NCBI GenBank assembly: GCA_951406725.2
Contig: OX597816.1
Span: 64,852,001 to 64,916,000 of the forward strand
DNA length: 64,000 nucleotides
From: Octopus vulgaris
Lineage: Eukaryota
Direction: 5' to 3'
Position 1 is the first letter of the stretch, and each line of letters starts with the position of its first letter. The notes beneath the pieces were generated by a model. The model saw nothing but the letters and a program-made list of their open reading frames with translations, did not search any database and had not been told where the DNA came from. Below, piece by piece: positions 27,649 to 41,549 of this stretch. Made by a program: the position numbers and the translations under genes.

Positions 27649-28213
27649 TTGGGTTGTCCGGAAAGTTCGTGCCGATTTATGGTAGCTTACTTTCGACTTA
27701 TTTTAGAACATGGTTGAGTCCCTAATATAGGATTTGACTGCACCTCCATTTAGAATACGGTTTACACTATCTTTTCGTGGGAACATTTTTATGTTCCTAT
27801 AACCTGTGTTAATTCTGTAACCCTTTAAAATGGAAGGTAAGAAAATTCATTTTCGGTACTTGATGCTTTGGGAACCAGACAAAAATTGCTGCAGCTTGGC
27901 TGGGATGTGTTACCCTACCCTCCATATTCACCAGATATTGCTCCTTCGGATTTCCACTTAATCAGGTCTCTGCAGAATAGTTTTAATGGTAAAAATTTCA
28001 ATTCCTTGCATGGCGTAAAAAGATACCTTGATGAATTCTTTGTCATGAAATCATCTCAATTCTGAGAAGAGGGTATTTTCAAGTTAAAGGAAAGATGGAG
28101 ACGCAATGTGCAACAAAATGGTTTATATCTGGTTGATTAAAACTGTAATGGAAAGTATTCATTGACCTTTTTCTTGCCTTTAAAAATCGGCACGAACTTT
28201 CCGGACAACCCAA
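27649..28213 (+). mobile_element. Internally deleted non-autonomous mariner, copy 2
   Basis: TIR TTGGGTTGTCCGGAAAGTTCGTGCCGATTT at both ends; encodes TRQKLLQLGWDVLPYPPYSPDIAPSDFHL. Confidence 0.95.
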
Positions 28214-30279
28214 GATATAGATTTGGGTATATCAGTCGCCTTTGTTAAAAGTACCAGAAAATTATTTTGACGAAAATACAGCGCGTCAAAAAAGTGAAGC
28301 AACCGATACATGGTCGCATGTAATGCTAGAAAAGTGAGTCAAAGCTTCCCTAAACTCCACAAGACAGTATTTAAATAAATGATACATTGAATGAAATTCT
28401 AAAATCAATTTTCTGGCAGAGTGTATTGCGTCTTAGTGCTGTTTTTCTTACAGACGGTGCCTAATTGATCCTACTATACTGTGTAGTCGATTAAATCAAA
28501 AACAAACAATGTGCATGTGCGAAAATAAAAATATTAAATGGCGACACTTTACCCATCATAACCTGTACATTTCCCACACACATTACCGTTGCAATGAAGC
28601 TTATTTATATATATTTTTTATTCTTCTCTTTGATTATTGATACGTTGTTTAATAAACTTTCATATGAACCATCATGTAATCGATAATCTCTACATTGGTA
28701 TATTTTCATTTCAATCGGGTTTTGAAAATTAGTTGATTTTGATTAAAACATTTTCCTGCTTTGAAATATTTTTTTTTTACTTTTCTTTCATAAATATCCC
28801 AATCTGTGTCTTTTCTTGGTTGTTCCATTCATTACAATATATGCATATATTGTCTTAAGAACATTCTAGCATATTTATTTAAATTTCCTCTTTATATTGT
28901 CTAGCAGCATACTTTTGATTTTGATTTTACTTAGATTGAAAGGCACTTTCTCGGGAAATATTGTCTATATTCTTTCTTAATTTGTATTGCATATTCTTTT
29001 TTTTAGTTCTCATTAATTTATATTACATAGTTCGGTATGTTGACAAACATTATCCACAGTAGCCTTCTATATACATGATTTCTTTTAGATACCTCTAAAG
29101 ACCTCATTAAATTGCGTAACACATTTTAGAAAACATTTGAGTAAACTTACAATCTCTTACTTATTTATATGCCAACATAAAACAATTCTAACTGCTGTGC
29201 AGGCCAGTTTTCATTCTGTTTTCATTTACGCACCATCTGATACATGGCCGCTGTCTGAATCGATTTACTACTATGAATGTCAAATACACATCTGAGGCAT
29301 TAATTTCTTGTGTACATAAATATTTTTTATATTGCCAATAGTTTATTTGTTTTCTTTTAAATATTTTGATTTCTGCGATTTGTGCTGAAATAGAATTCCT
29401 GAAGTTTTACATTTTATTGCAGATTTCTAATTTATTCCCCGGTAACAATGTATTTGTCTGAATTTAATGTTCTGCTCTCAACGTTCTACTTCGTTATGTT
29501 AGTGTAAGACTGGAAAGATAAGGCAGCAACTATGCTTTTGGTAGGGTTTCCAAACATGTTGCAACGAAATCAGGATGTTATGTTTTATACGAACGACCGA
29601 ACAATTCAAGAACTGTAGTCAGCCATCCTACGGGCTTTTAGAAGGTTTCTATTTCCCACATTATACTTCCAAGACCTTAGTCAATTCAAAACTATGCTAA
29701 AAGACATTTTCTCTAAGTGTCCTGCTTTGGGATTCAATCCGAAATCAGTTTCATAGATATCTTTTAATCTCACATCCATACTTGCATCTTATTTGGTATA
29801 CCTTGTGTAAATAGTTTTGATGGCCTTGATGAATTGCTATTAACGGTTAGATTAACGTGATGTTTCCTATACAATATCACTTTAGTTCTATTTCTATTCA
29901 TATCCATGCAGTCTAAATGTGAACGCAGCTACAACAGAAGCAAATTAATTCATTTATATCTTAATGTATTTTAAAATCTGTTTCGAATCGGGCATTAAAT
30001 ATTTCTGCCATTGTTTGCACTATTGCTTCCTAGCAATATAAATCGTCATTATTGCTTCCCAGCAATATAGATCATCAGCCGATTTCCCCTATCTGCATTA
30101 CGTTATGCCGAGAAACAGTACCCCTTATTTGATATAAAACTTTTAAAATTGTTGCTTATAATCAAATTTAATACATTGTTTCAAACTCAGAACCGAGGAG
30201 AAATATTTCGACCCTGTAGTGGACTAAGGTTTTCAAATATCTATTTTACTTTGATACTTTAATAATGTATACAGACATG

Positions 30280-30337
<58 letters not shown>

Positions 30338-30542
30338 TATTTATATATGCATATTTATAAATGCATATTTATACATGCATATGCACACACACATGAATAT
30401 ACACAGAGACACACATATATATATATATATATAAGGTAAGAGAAGCAAAATGCACTTTACATAGTTTTAATATAATTTTTAATATGATTTTATAAGTGTG
30501 TGTGTGAGTGTGTGTGTGTGTATGTATGTATATATGTATATT

Positions 30543-30708
30543 TAGGCACAGGCATGGCTGTGTGGTAAATAGCTTGCTTACCAACCACATAGTTCCGGGT
30601 TCAGTCCCACCTTGGGCAAGTGTCTTCTACAATAGCCTCGGGCCGACCAAGGCATGGTGAGTGGATTTGGTAGACAGAAACTGAAAGAAGCCCGTCGTAT
30701 ACATACAC

Positions 30709-30757
<49 letters not shown>

Positions 30758-30835
30758 TAAAAGAAATAAAACATATGCATATATATAAACATATATGTAC
30801 GTACCTACCTCTACATGTACATATACACGCATATA

Positions 30836-30892
<57 letters not shown>

Positions 30893-31120
30893 TAGATGTG
30901 TGTGTGTGTTTGTGTGTTTGTGTTTGTCCTCCAACTTCACTTGACAATCAATGCTGGTGTGTTTACATCTCTGTAACTTAGCGGTTCGACAAAAAAGACC
31001 GATAGAATAAGTACTAGGCTTCCAAAGAATAAATCCTGGGGTCGATTTGCTCGACTAAAAGGCGGTACTCCAGCATGGCCGCAGTTAAATGACTGAAATG
31101 AATAAAAGAGTAAAAAGAGT
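30543..31120 (+). mobile_element. SINE family B
   Basis: A box TGGCTGTGTGG, B box GGTTCAGTCCC, internal (TA)n and conserved tail. Confidence 0.9.
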
Positions 31121-31139
31121 ATATATATATATTTACATA

Positions 31140-31356
31140 TAGAAGAGGTGCTGAGAAGTTCTTGGTTCTATCGTGAAAGGCGTGGTTGGACGTCCAACCT
31201 TCCTCACTCTTTTACAGGGTTTTGGAAAAAACTGATGGTTTTGCTGCAATAAGTGTGTGAATCTCAAAGGGGAATATGTTGAATAAAATCATAATTTACT
31301 GATCCTTCTGTATTTTCCTTTACCCAAAGCCAGGAACTTTTCAGCATCCCTTCTTA
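31140..31356 (+). mobile_element. Second mariner-derived MITE (~215 bp)
   Basis: Imperfect TIRs TAGAAGAGGTGCTGAGAAGTTCTTGG and CCAGGAACTTTTCAGCATCCCTTCTTA; keeps the transposase C-terminus CNKCVNLKGEYVE*. Confidence 0.8.
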
Positions 31357-32015
31357 TAATTATCCATATAAATGTACCTCTCAACCTGTTTCTCCCTTTT
31401 CTTTTTCGAAAAATATTTTGAATTCCACAAAATTTGAAATCATCCAGAGTTTCCTGAACTGAACTGTGATTAACAAATGATATTCAGTTATGCCTTATTG
31501 CTATTTTATTAATATCTCTACTCTTTCATATTTTAATTAGTTTTACTAATTGGAAGCGAATCAATAAACGTTTTAATAATTCATGAAGTACGCTGCTCCG
31601 GTACGAAATTCAAGTAAAATGCTTTTGTAGTGGATTAATGTGTATTAATGTTTTATGATATTTTAATTCCTTTGAAATCTGCTTCCTTCCAAGTTGAAGG
31701 AATAATTTTAATGCATTTTTTTTGTTTCAATATCAGATCTGAAATTATTTATGAAACCATGTCAATTATTCTGTTCGTAGTTTTACATGTATTTCATCAT
31801 AATTCTTTTGCTAACTTTCAAACGTTGGTCAAACGAAAAGAATATCAACATTTGAAATTTAGTATCTTCGAGCAAAATGACATTTTGGATTCTGTAAATA
31901 CATAAAATAAATGATCACAGCCAATGACAGTAGTTCCTAAGGAAATACTTTAAAATTAAATTTTGCTAAGTTCTGTAATCTTTAATTATTTAACTTTTCA
32001 TGCAACATAACTAAA

Positions 32016-32282
<267 letters not shown>

Positions 32283-33986
32283 TGGGTGTGTGTGATTGTG
32301 TATAGAAGAATATATTAATAAAAAGAATTCCAACCTTGTCTGATTTTCACGTTTTATTTACAATCTTATAATGATATATTATAAGATAATATATTATAAT
32401 TGAATAAAATAAAATGAAATAGTAGAATGTTAAATATTCATTCTGATTGAACTAGTACTTTCATGCATTGAATTCTGCAATCTTCGGGTTCATGTAGTAG
32501 TGTTGACAGTCATGCTTCACAATTTTTGACTGTAGCAAGATGAGTGATTCTGTGCTATAAATACAGCTGGGTAGGCTCCAGAGTGCTAGGTTTTGCAAAC
32601 TGTATTCTGACCAATCAGTGTGTAGTATCACTCAATTACTTAAGCTGATTGGTTGGTTGAGCTGATTGGTTTAGGCATCACGCTTTGTTGGACAGGTCAA
32701 GAGTCCTGTATCTTGACCCTGGCCGAAGCAGCAATTGTTGGGTTATTTTTAGAAATGTTGTAAATATCCTTTGTCAGAGATTTTTATATTTTTATATTTC
32801 AATTGTCATCATCATCATTGTCAGCACCTTAATTATTGTTGCTAGTGGTGATGGTGGTGGCAATAGAACTTTTAACCCTAAATAAGATAATTTTCCTGCT
32901 ATCTTCCTCTTGATCACCTTTAGTATTGTTGTTGTTGTTAGTGGTCATGGTCGTAGCAGTGGAAGTAATACCTCTAAGTATTATTATTATTGCTTATTTA
33001 GCTTGGGTTCGAATTTATCAATAAAATTCTTTTCTCTGATTTTCCTCTCGATTTCACTTGGGCTGTGTAATTTGTAGAATGGAAATATTATATATATTTT
33101 CCGACCACATGTTGCTAGGTGGTTACTCAAAGGTATCTGACGGACCTCTGGGTCTCTAATCTGTTGCCGGTGTACACGTGAGCGTTCTAATAGTGCGTTT
33201 CCCGTCTGACCTACATATATTTCTTCACAATTTGGGCATTTGATGCAGTAAATTAAATTTCTGCTTTTGCAGTTCATATTCGCGTTTGTGAATATTTTCC
33301 CGGTTTTTGTGTTTATATATTGACCGGTATGTATGAATTGGCATGTGCCACATCGGCTATCATTGCATTTAGATACCGTGAATGTTTGGTCTTTGTTGCT
33401 GAGGTTAAATTTTGCCTTTGTTAGTAATGTTTTCAAGTTTTTAGGCTGTCTTTTACTAAGCACCATAGCTCGATCCTTGATTATGTCTTTTAATTCATTA
33501 CTTTGGGCAATGATCGGTAGGTTTGCTTTGGCAATGTTGAAGATATTCTGGTGACATGGGTTGTGTGTCACTATGAATGGTATGACTTGTTCTTGTTTTC
33601 CTCTTCCTTGGGTTGTCCTAAGTTGTTGTATAGGTATTTTTATAGCCCGCTGTATGCCATTTTCTATAAGTAGAGATGGGTATTTTTGTTTGAGCAAAAA
33701 TTCTCTTAGTTCTATTAGGCGTTTGTTCCTGATATTTGCATCTTCTACAATAGTACAAATTCTTCTGGCTAGGCAGTATGGGATGTTACGTTTTGTATGT
33801 GGTGGATGGCACGACTTAAAATTTAGGTATTGATGTGTGTCTGTGTGTTTATAGTATATATCTGTGGTGATGGTGGTGTCTTTTTTAATTACCATTATAT
33901 CCAGGAATGGTAATTTGGTACTACTCATCTCCTTTGTAAATTTGAGAGATGGGTGTAGGTTGTTCAGGAGGATATTGTTCAGGAGG
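32283..33986 (-). mobile_element. Penelope-like retroelement, 5' truncated: RT thumb, Zn motif, GIY-YIG endonuclease and 3' pLTR
   Basis: Uninterrupted ORF from ~33975 to 32987: NNLHPSLKFT..LPFLDIMV..TDIYYKHTDTHQYL..SCHPPHTK, KCNDSRCGTC, NLIYCIKCPNCEEIYVGQT, REKNFIDKFEPKLN. (TA)n on both sides; hammerhead-like motif at 32448-32492. Confidence 0.95.
32448..32492 (-). ncRNA. Minimal type I hammerhead ribozyme, variant core
   Basis: TGAAC-CCGAAGA-TTGCA-GAATTCAA-TGCAT-GAAA-GTAC-TA-GTTCA. Stem I TGAAC/GTTCA, stem II TGCA/TGCA, palindromic GTAC; the core reads CCGAAGA instead of CUGANGA. Confidence 0.6.
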
Positions 33987-36900
33987 ATATATATATATAT
34001 ACATATAGTTTTATCCGGCATCACGTCGTTTTATTCCCAACTCATGAATAGTGTTCAAAATTACGTAGCTTAAATTTCTAATGCATAAGAATAACTTTAA
34101 TGACCCCTTTTACATTCAGTAATGAGTCAGGAATGTTATCTTATAGTAATAACGTAACCTGCGTATATTGTAACACACGTATTTTGTAATATATTTATTC
34201 ACATCCTCGCCGTTATCGACACACACTGGGAGTCTGTGACAGTTGTTCGCCTCACTTAATATCTGTGCACTCACATGTGCCTACATAGGAATGCGGGTTC
34301 CAGAGATCCAAATGGAGACACCACATTTATTGGCTTACATGAGGAGAGGTACTATGTGGGTAGAGTCACACTTTTTTACCGCAGGTATTTAATTCATATT
34401 TAAGGTATTTGTTTTAAAAGTTATGTAAAAAAATATCTTGATCCAGCCATCGTAGATGACCCATCTTCACGCGTATCAGATATTGTGCAAATATTTATGA
34501 CATCCATTGTTTCAAATGTGTCTTTAGTATGTCTCTGAAGCGCTTCATTTCTTGGAAAATACGCTTTACATCACTCAGCAGGAATGGAAATGTCTTAGAA
34601 CCTATTATCTATCGTTCAACACAACATAGACAACCCAGCAAACTCGATGTCACGTAATTGTGGCTTCAATGCAAGAGATATTGTACATAGACAATCCTAC
34701 AGCTTTTCAGCCACTGGGTGTGGATGGTTTTCCTAAAATATCTTTGATGGTACACTTTCAGTTTATTGATATGCTGCTTATAATATGCCAAGGCTACAGC
34801 ACAGTAAAGAAGTGTTCGTACATTACCTTACACAATACAGGTATGGTCGTTTGTATCCGATTATGAGATACATATGATTATCTTCTCTGACAGACAAATA
34901 TTCTGTTTACACATGTTACCTGCTGTTCTATCTTATCCTCAATATACAAGAACTATTTCAGGTATTCGGAGTGCAGTGCATTTTGACCCTTTTATCCATA
35001 TACCCAGATACCTGAGTCATAGAATTAGATTCTCATGTATTCAGTACCAGGGGTTTACTTAAGCTGGGAGTTACAACATTATTCAGAAGAAATATCGGTA
35101 TCTGTAGAGGGGTTCCAGTAAATGTGTCATCATCTATGTATTAATATACTCATTCTCATTATTCTGGCATTAGTTAACTAGTTTTTGGCTTGAATTTTAC
35201 AATATATGAAGACAATATATGAAAACCGGAAATCTTTTGTTTTTACATATACACTGTAAGATTTGTGAGGTTTGAGCAACATTCAAAGTGCACAGCAGGT
35301 AAATTTCACATTACAAAATTCTGTTCAAAATAACATATGGACAGGCCGGATGTTGTAGATAGGCATGCCCATAAAAGGGAAGATTATAGCGATTGAATTG
35401 CTTTTTGAATATAGGAATAGATAATCGGAATTTATCTTAAGTTATGCATCAACAAATGTACAATTTGTACCATTCACTATTCTTGTTTTCCGTCTCATTT
35501 ACAAATCCCAACTCTTACGTTTAATATTAAGCAACACATTCGATATTATATTGAACCTAAATATTTTCCATCTAACTCATCCCGGCCTTTTCTTACAAAC
35601 TAATATCTGCAAAATCCTAAACAAAATTTCACAGCATTAATTCTTCAGATAATTTATATTTCTCATTACTCGATTGCCTAAACACAAAACAGAGACGAGC
35701 ATATGTCCTCTTCGAAACAAAAAGTCGATGAATTTAAAGATTATGAATTTATTAAATTAGAGAAAATGAGTTTCAAAATTATAACTGTGAGATACAACTT
35801 GAATATGAATCCTTTTAGATATTTCAAAGTTGAACAGAAGGCAAAGAAATCGATCGGAATATTTTCTATCTTAGTGGTTGTCCGAGGTTGGTATCTCATT
35901 GCATTTCTGAATCGACTTCCGGTAATCATATCGGTAAACTAAACGGATGTAGCACTCTGGATATTAGGTATTGGAAAGGCTTAATGTATCACTTTTAAGC
36001 ATTTGAATGATAGCTATATTTAATATTTTGGTGGGTTGAATATACACAACCAGCATAGAAAGATATTCGGAAAAGATTTTCAATTTGTGTTATTGCGAAC
36101 GAACTTTAATCTCTGATTTTCAATGTGAGATGATGCATGTAAACATCACAACACCAACCTATCGCATGATAGTCGAGAAGAGGAAATGCATTCATTTCAA
36201 TGCATTCAATATAAAGCAAATTTACATCAGAATAATACGCATCACATTCTATTATACCAAAGTTCACAAGGTCAGCTTTACATTATGCAAATTTTTATAT
36301 GGTTTGTGACAGCTAATAGTGAATTGCCGCCATATCTGTCTACAAATCTCTTTCCTGCTTCTATTTCGACAATGAATTTGAAAAGAAACTGAATAACAAT
36401 AAGAACCAGGTTACAACACTTCCAATTTGGTATGGAAATTTATTTTATAGTGGCAGATTTCTTCTGGTGTGATCAACATTCAATGGTAAACTTAGTCGAT
36501 GACCGTGTTTAACACCATCTCATTTGCAAATTTTGGGGACAGATCTCTTGTTTGTATCAGAATTCTTTACAAGGATCACTAGTAATGTTTTCCCTCTTCT
36601 AATCAAACAATCATCTCATATATTTTAATGTAATATTTTGTCTAGTAGAGCAATTCAGCTCTATTCCTCATAATTAATGAGGAGATTTTGTCTTAAATTA
36701 TTTACTAAAATAGTCATTTGCGAAATGTGAAATGTTACTGCAGAACAGCTTCTTAAGCTTCGTAGGTTTACTAACAAGAGATGATGGTTATATTAAAAAT
36801 CTAACAAAAGCGTTTTAATGCAATAGGTCACACACAAAAACAGCTTTCATAAAGAAGGTTCTTTTCCAGCATGACCTTAGCCTCGATAACTACAATAAAC

Positions 36901-37084
36901 TAATAAATGTTATTTGTGTTTAACAAACAAAAAGTTCAGAATTTCTATCTTCTTGGCCCTCATTAATTTCAGTAAGGTTGCAACGACATAAGCTATTTCA
37001 GACATTATCTACAATAATTTATCTAGATATTTAAGATTGTCAATTACTGTTCGAGAAATATGTGAGGAATAATTATTATTTTTT

Positions 37085-37480
37085 GCCCTTTTACTTGTTT
37101 CAGTCATTTGACTGAGGCCATGCTGGAACACCGCCTTTAGTCGAAAAAATCGGCTAGTACTTACTCTATCGGTCCCTTTTCCCCGAACCGCTAAGTTACG
37201 AGGACGTAAACACACCAGCATCGCTTGTCAAACGATGTTGGAGGACAAACACACACTTACATATACATATATATACGACGGGCTTCTTTCAGTTTCCGTC
37301 TATCAAATCCACTCACAAGGCTTTGGTCGGCCCCAGGCTATACTAGAAACACTTGCCCAAGGTGCCACGCAGTGGGACTGAACCCGGAACCATGTGGTTG
37401 GTAAGCAAGCTACTTACCACACAGCCACTCCTGAGCATTTCACCCGGCGTGCTAACGATTCTGCCAGCTCGCCGCCTTAA
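37085..37480 (-). mobile_element. SINE family B abutting a family A head fragment
   Basis: Family B at 37085-37433 and family A head at 37434-37480, both on the minus strand. Confidence 0.9.
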
Positions 37481-37982
37481 AAATATATTATATATGTAAA
37501 AAAATCTATATGAAAAACACTTACTAGTTTTAAAACTTCATACATTTGAGTTTGTCGACCTTAGGAAGAACGATCAGAACCATTTAGTCTCACAAGTTTC
37601 GACGCCATTCAGAACACATTTGCAGTCCATAAGACATTTGTTCTCTCCTCTCTATAAATAAAGTCTATAAATGTCCTTATATGAAATGCAGATGCAGAGG
37701 TAGCTAATTATGGTTGAGAGATATTACATTACTCAAAGTTAAGCATTAATTATTTAACATATTAATAATTACACAATCGATAATATATTATTTCTTATTG
37801 CCAAAATTCATAATTATTACAAACAATAGCATTTAGATGTTCAAAAAGAATACTCAATGTTTATGTGAGTGCTGATGTACATCAGAAGAATTACAATATA
37901 GCAGTAATTACGTACAGGTAGAATTCGAAATTAATGGGAAGCAATACATATATGCCGCGTACTGAATCGCATATCACATATC

Positions 37983-38315
37983 TTTTACTGTCTTACTCTT
38001 TTACTTGTTTCAGTCATTTTACTGCAGCCATGCTGGAGCACCGCTTTTAGTCGAGCAAATCGATCCCAGGATTTATTCTTTGGAAGCCTCGTATATAATT
38101 CTATCGGTCTCTTTTGCTGAACCACTAAGTTACGGGGACGTAAACACATCACCATCGGTTGTCAGGCGATGTTGGGGGGACAAACACAGACATACAAACA
38201 TATACACTTACATACATATATATATATACATATATACGACTGGCTTCTTTCAATTTCCGTCTACCAAATCCACTCAGAAGGCTTCGGTCGGCCTGAGGCT
38301 ATAGTAGAGGACTTG
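37983..38315 (-). mobile_element. SINE family B, 5' truncated
   Basis: Matches the tail and central part of other family B copies. Confidence 0.85.
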
Positions 38316-38924
38316 TTCCTCGGAGGGTAACTTCCTAGGTGCAATCCCATGGTCATTCTCTAGAAGAATATATATATATATATTAAACGAGCGATGCGGC
38401 ATTTTCATATGTAGTACTGCTCATGTTACTGGTGTTGATGATGATGTTTTGAGATAACGTTTAATGTTCTCAGTATCCATCTCACTGTTCATGAGCTTAC
38501 CGTTACTTTGACTACAATATGTTGTGTAGTCTGTATTTGAATTTGTTTGACTTCTTCTCCACACCCCGCTATAGACTATATAATGAAAGAAGTCGTGTAA
38601 TGTCATTGTATGAAACATTTCCCATTATCCTCACTCGAACTGGTCATATTGAAACATTATTTCCTATGACGTTGAAAAATTACTTCTGTCAGAAACAAAT
38701 AACAAATTTCTGTGTTGTTTCTATATCTGGGTAAAATATATATATATCGACTGATATATTTTTCTCTTCCTCGATGTATTATAAATGAAATATAAGTTAC
38801 AGTTCTAGCATATATCAGGTAGAAACAAAAGAATATAACAGTTCAAATTCAAAATAGAGTAACAAAAATCCAGTACGTATCAAGACCCATTAGTCGTTTC
38901 GTAAGTATCGTTATGTAGTAATAA

Positions 38925-39231
38925 CTGTCACTCCGTCGACTACGACTGCGAGGGTTCCAGTTGATCCAATAAAAGGAACAGCCTGCTCGTGAAATTAATG
39001 CTCAAGTAGCGTGTCCCCTTAATGTAGTTTTCAGAAAGATTTGGCGTGATACAGAATGCAAAAAGACCGACCCTATGAATTAAAGGTACAACTCATTTTT
39101 GGTAGCTGAATGGACTGGAGCTACGTGAAATAAAGTGTTTCGCTCTCGGACACAACGCACTGTCGGGAATCGAACTCATGTCCTTACGATCGTGAACCAC
39201 TTACCCTAACAACTAAGCTATGTACCTTCAC
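38925..39231 (-). mobile_element. tRNA-derived CORE-like SINE family D, decayed
   Basis: Minus-strand head TAGCTTAGTTGTTAGGG..GAGTTCGATTCCC, then GCGTTGTGTCCGAGAGCGAAACACTTTATTTCACG..CTCCAGTCCATTCAGC. Confidence 0.75.
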
Positions 39232-39379
39232 GATGTAGTAATAAAGAAACTACTATTTTGTTGTAGGATAAGCTAGTTTGACACGTCTCCTCCATCCCGC
39301 AGTAGTCTGCATAATTTATATATATAGCTGGAACATCAAACTCCGGCAGCTATCACAAAATCACATGTGATCGCTGAGA

Positions 39380-41290
39380 GAGTGGAGAGCATTGGTAAAA
39401 GCATTTGAGAATAACTGAGGAGATGATTAGAGATCAGTGCAGGAAAATTCCTAACTGAAAGCGCCTGGCCCAGATGGGGTTCAGGGCTTTTTGCTTAAAA
39501 ACCTGGCAGCTCTGCACAGGAGAGTTGCGTGACAGATGGACGAAATACTGAGTAGTGACATCCAAGTACTGGCATACCAATATGGCGATATCATGAGTAG
39601 ACTACAGGAAAGCATATGGCACGGTTCCACACTCGTGGATTATTGAATGCCTTAAACTGTTTAAGGTCTCCCACACTATCCTGAAGTGAAAACTCAATGA
39701 CAACATGGCGAACTGAACTCAAAGCATTGGGAGATAAGCTGGGAGAGGTAAATATCAAAAGAGGAATCTTTCAAGGAGACAGTCTGTTGCCTCTCCTATT
39801 TGTTGTCTGTAGACTGCCACTAACGAGCGTTTTAAGAAAGTTGCGTGTGGGGTACATGCTAGACAGGGTGAAAGTAAGCAATCTGTGGTTTATGGATGAC
39901 CTAAAACTATTTCCTAAGACTGGGAAAGAATCGAGTAACTGTGCAGATGGTTAGCAAAGATATTGGCATGGAATTTGGGATGGATCGGGAAATGTGGTGT
40001 AATGATTCTCAAAAGGGGAAAATTCAGTAAAACCCATGGGATCAAGCTGGGAAGTGGTGAAACTATAAAGGAAGTCGGAGAGAGAGGATATAAGTACCTG
40101 GGTATAATTGAAAGAAATAGGATGAATGAACAGAAGATGAAAGAAGTGTACAGGAAAGAGTATTTGAGGAGGACTTGGCTTGTGCTCTAATTGAAGCCAA
40201 ATGACCGCTGTAAGATTAGAGCAATTAACACGTGGTGGTTGCTTTGATGAGATATGTGGCAGTAATAGTATCTTGGAAGAAGTATGGATTACAAGAGATA
40301 GACCGGAAAACACGTGAATTAATGACAATGAACAAGGAACGACATCCCAAGAGTGATGTGTCAAGATTATATGTAAAGATGAAAGAAGGAGGACGGGGAT
40401 TAGTGTGTTGTGAAGGTTGTGTAAAGGAAGAGGAGAATAGCCTGGCTTGATATGTTGAGGAGAGTAAAGAAGAAATGATTGAATTAGTGAAAATGCAGGG
40501 AACCTTAAAAGTAAACGAAGTCGTAGATCCAACACAATTTAAGAAAGACCAGAGAGAGCAGATGAAGAAAATTTGGCAGGACGAGAAAATGCACAGTCAA
40601 TTCTTGAAGAATAAAGATGGGATTGATGGGAAAAGAACCTGCCGAAAGGAGGCTTAAAACGGCCTAATGAGGCATTAGTGTGCAGCGCTCAAGACCAAGC
40701 TCTCAGAACAAGCTACTCCAAATCTCACATTGATAAAAGCATTGATTCGCCACAATGTAGGATGTGCTCTGAGGAGGGAGAAAGTATAAGCCATATTGTT
40801 AGTGAGTGTTGTAATCTCGCACAACGCGAATACAAAAGGAGACACGATAAAGCAAACCTCGAGAGGGCCGAACATTGGTATGAACACAAGCCAAATGGAG
40901 TAATGGAAAATGAACATTACAAAATACTCTGGGATTTTAACATACAGTGCAAGCAAGTTATAGAGGCGAGACGAGTAGATGTCGTGAACATCCATAAAGT
41001 TAAAAAAGAAGCAAAAATGACAAGTGTTGAAATATCAGGCGATTAGAGGGTGAAAAGTAAGGAAACAGAAAAGAGTGAGAAATACCAATCTCTGCGGGAC
41101 GAGATAGGAAAGTTATGGGACATGAGGAAAATAATGGTGATACCGGTGGTAATTAGAGCGTTAGCAGAGGTTTTCAAGGGCTTTGAAAAACATATTAAGA
41201 ATATTGGAGCTGCTGTCAGGCTCGAAGTGATCCAGAAGACAGCATTGTTGAGTACAGCTCGCATTCTAAGCGGAGCATTGTCTCTTTCAG
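39380..41290 (+). mobile_element. R4/Dong-clade RLE non-LTR retrotransposon, decayed RT, CCHC knuckle and endonuclease
   Basis: KAPGPDGVQG, VPHSWIIECL, RGIFQGDSLLPLLF, WFMDDLKLF, YKYLGI, HPKSDVSRLY..EGGRGL, CRMC..ESISHIVSEC..YKRRHD, KILWDFNI, EKYQSL, IPVVIRAL; many stops and frameshifts. Confidence 0.92.
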
Positions 41291-41315
41291 TCACAGGAGA
41301 AGGCACTAGTTGAAA

Positions 41316-41368
41316 CCAGGTGAAGCCGACCGCGGGTGCAGATCTCGGCGGTAGTAGCAAATATTCGA
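41316..41368 (+). other. 28S rRNA-like fragment (not a gene)
   Basis: CCAGGTGAAGCCGACCGCGGGTGCAGATCTCGGCGGTAGTAGCAAATATTCGA matches the conserved LSU segment GGGTGGAGCCGCCGCAGGTGCAGATCTTGGTGGTAGTAGCAAATATTCAA, recalled from memory. Confidence 0.75.
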
Positions 41369-41379
41369 TTTGTTATTGA

Positions 41380-41549
41380 CTAGGCACAAAATCTGAAATC
41401 ATTGGGAAAGGGGCAAGTCAATTACATCGACCGCAGTGTTTCACTGGTACTTAATTTATCGAAACCGAGGAGATGAAAGGCAAATTCGATCTCGGCGAAG
41501 TTTGATCTCAGGTCATGAAGACAGACAAAATGCTGCTAAGTATTTCGCC
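41380..41549 (-). mobile_element. Decayed SINE family A
   Basis: CTGGTACTTAATTTATCGA..GATGAAAGGCAAATTCGATCTCGGCG. Confidence 0.7.

Noticed and set aside
32987-34024. 345-aa ORF as a host gene or full-length PLE protein
   Set aside because: Its N-terminus comes from flanking (TA)n sequence and the RT core is missing; it is a 5'-truncated element.
41316-41368. Functional rRNA gene
   Set aside because: Only about 53 nt, diverged and surrounded by retroelement sequence.
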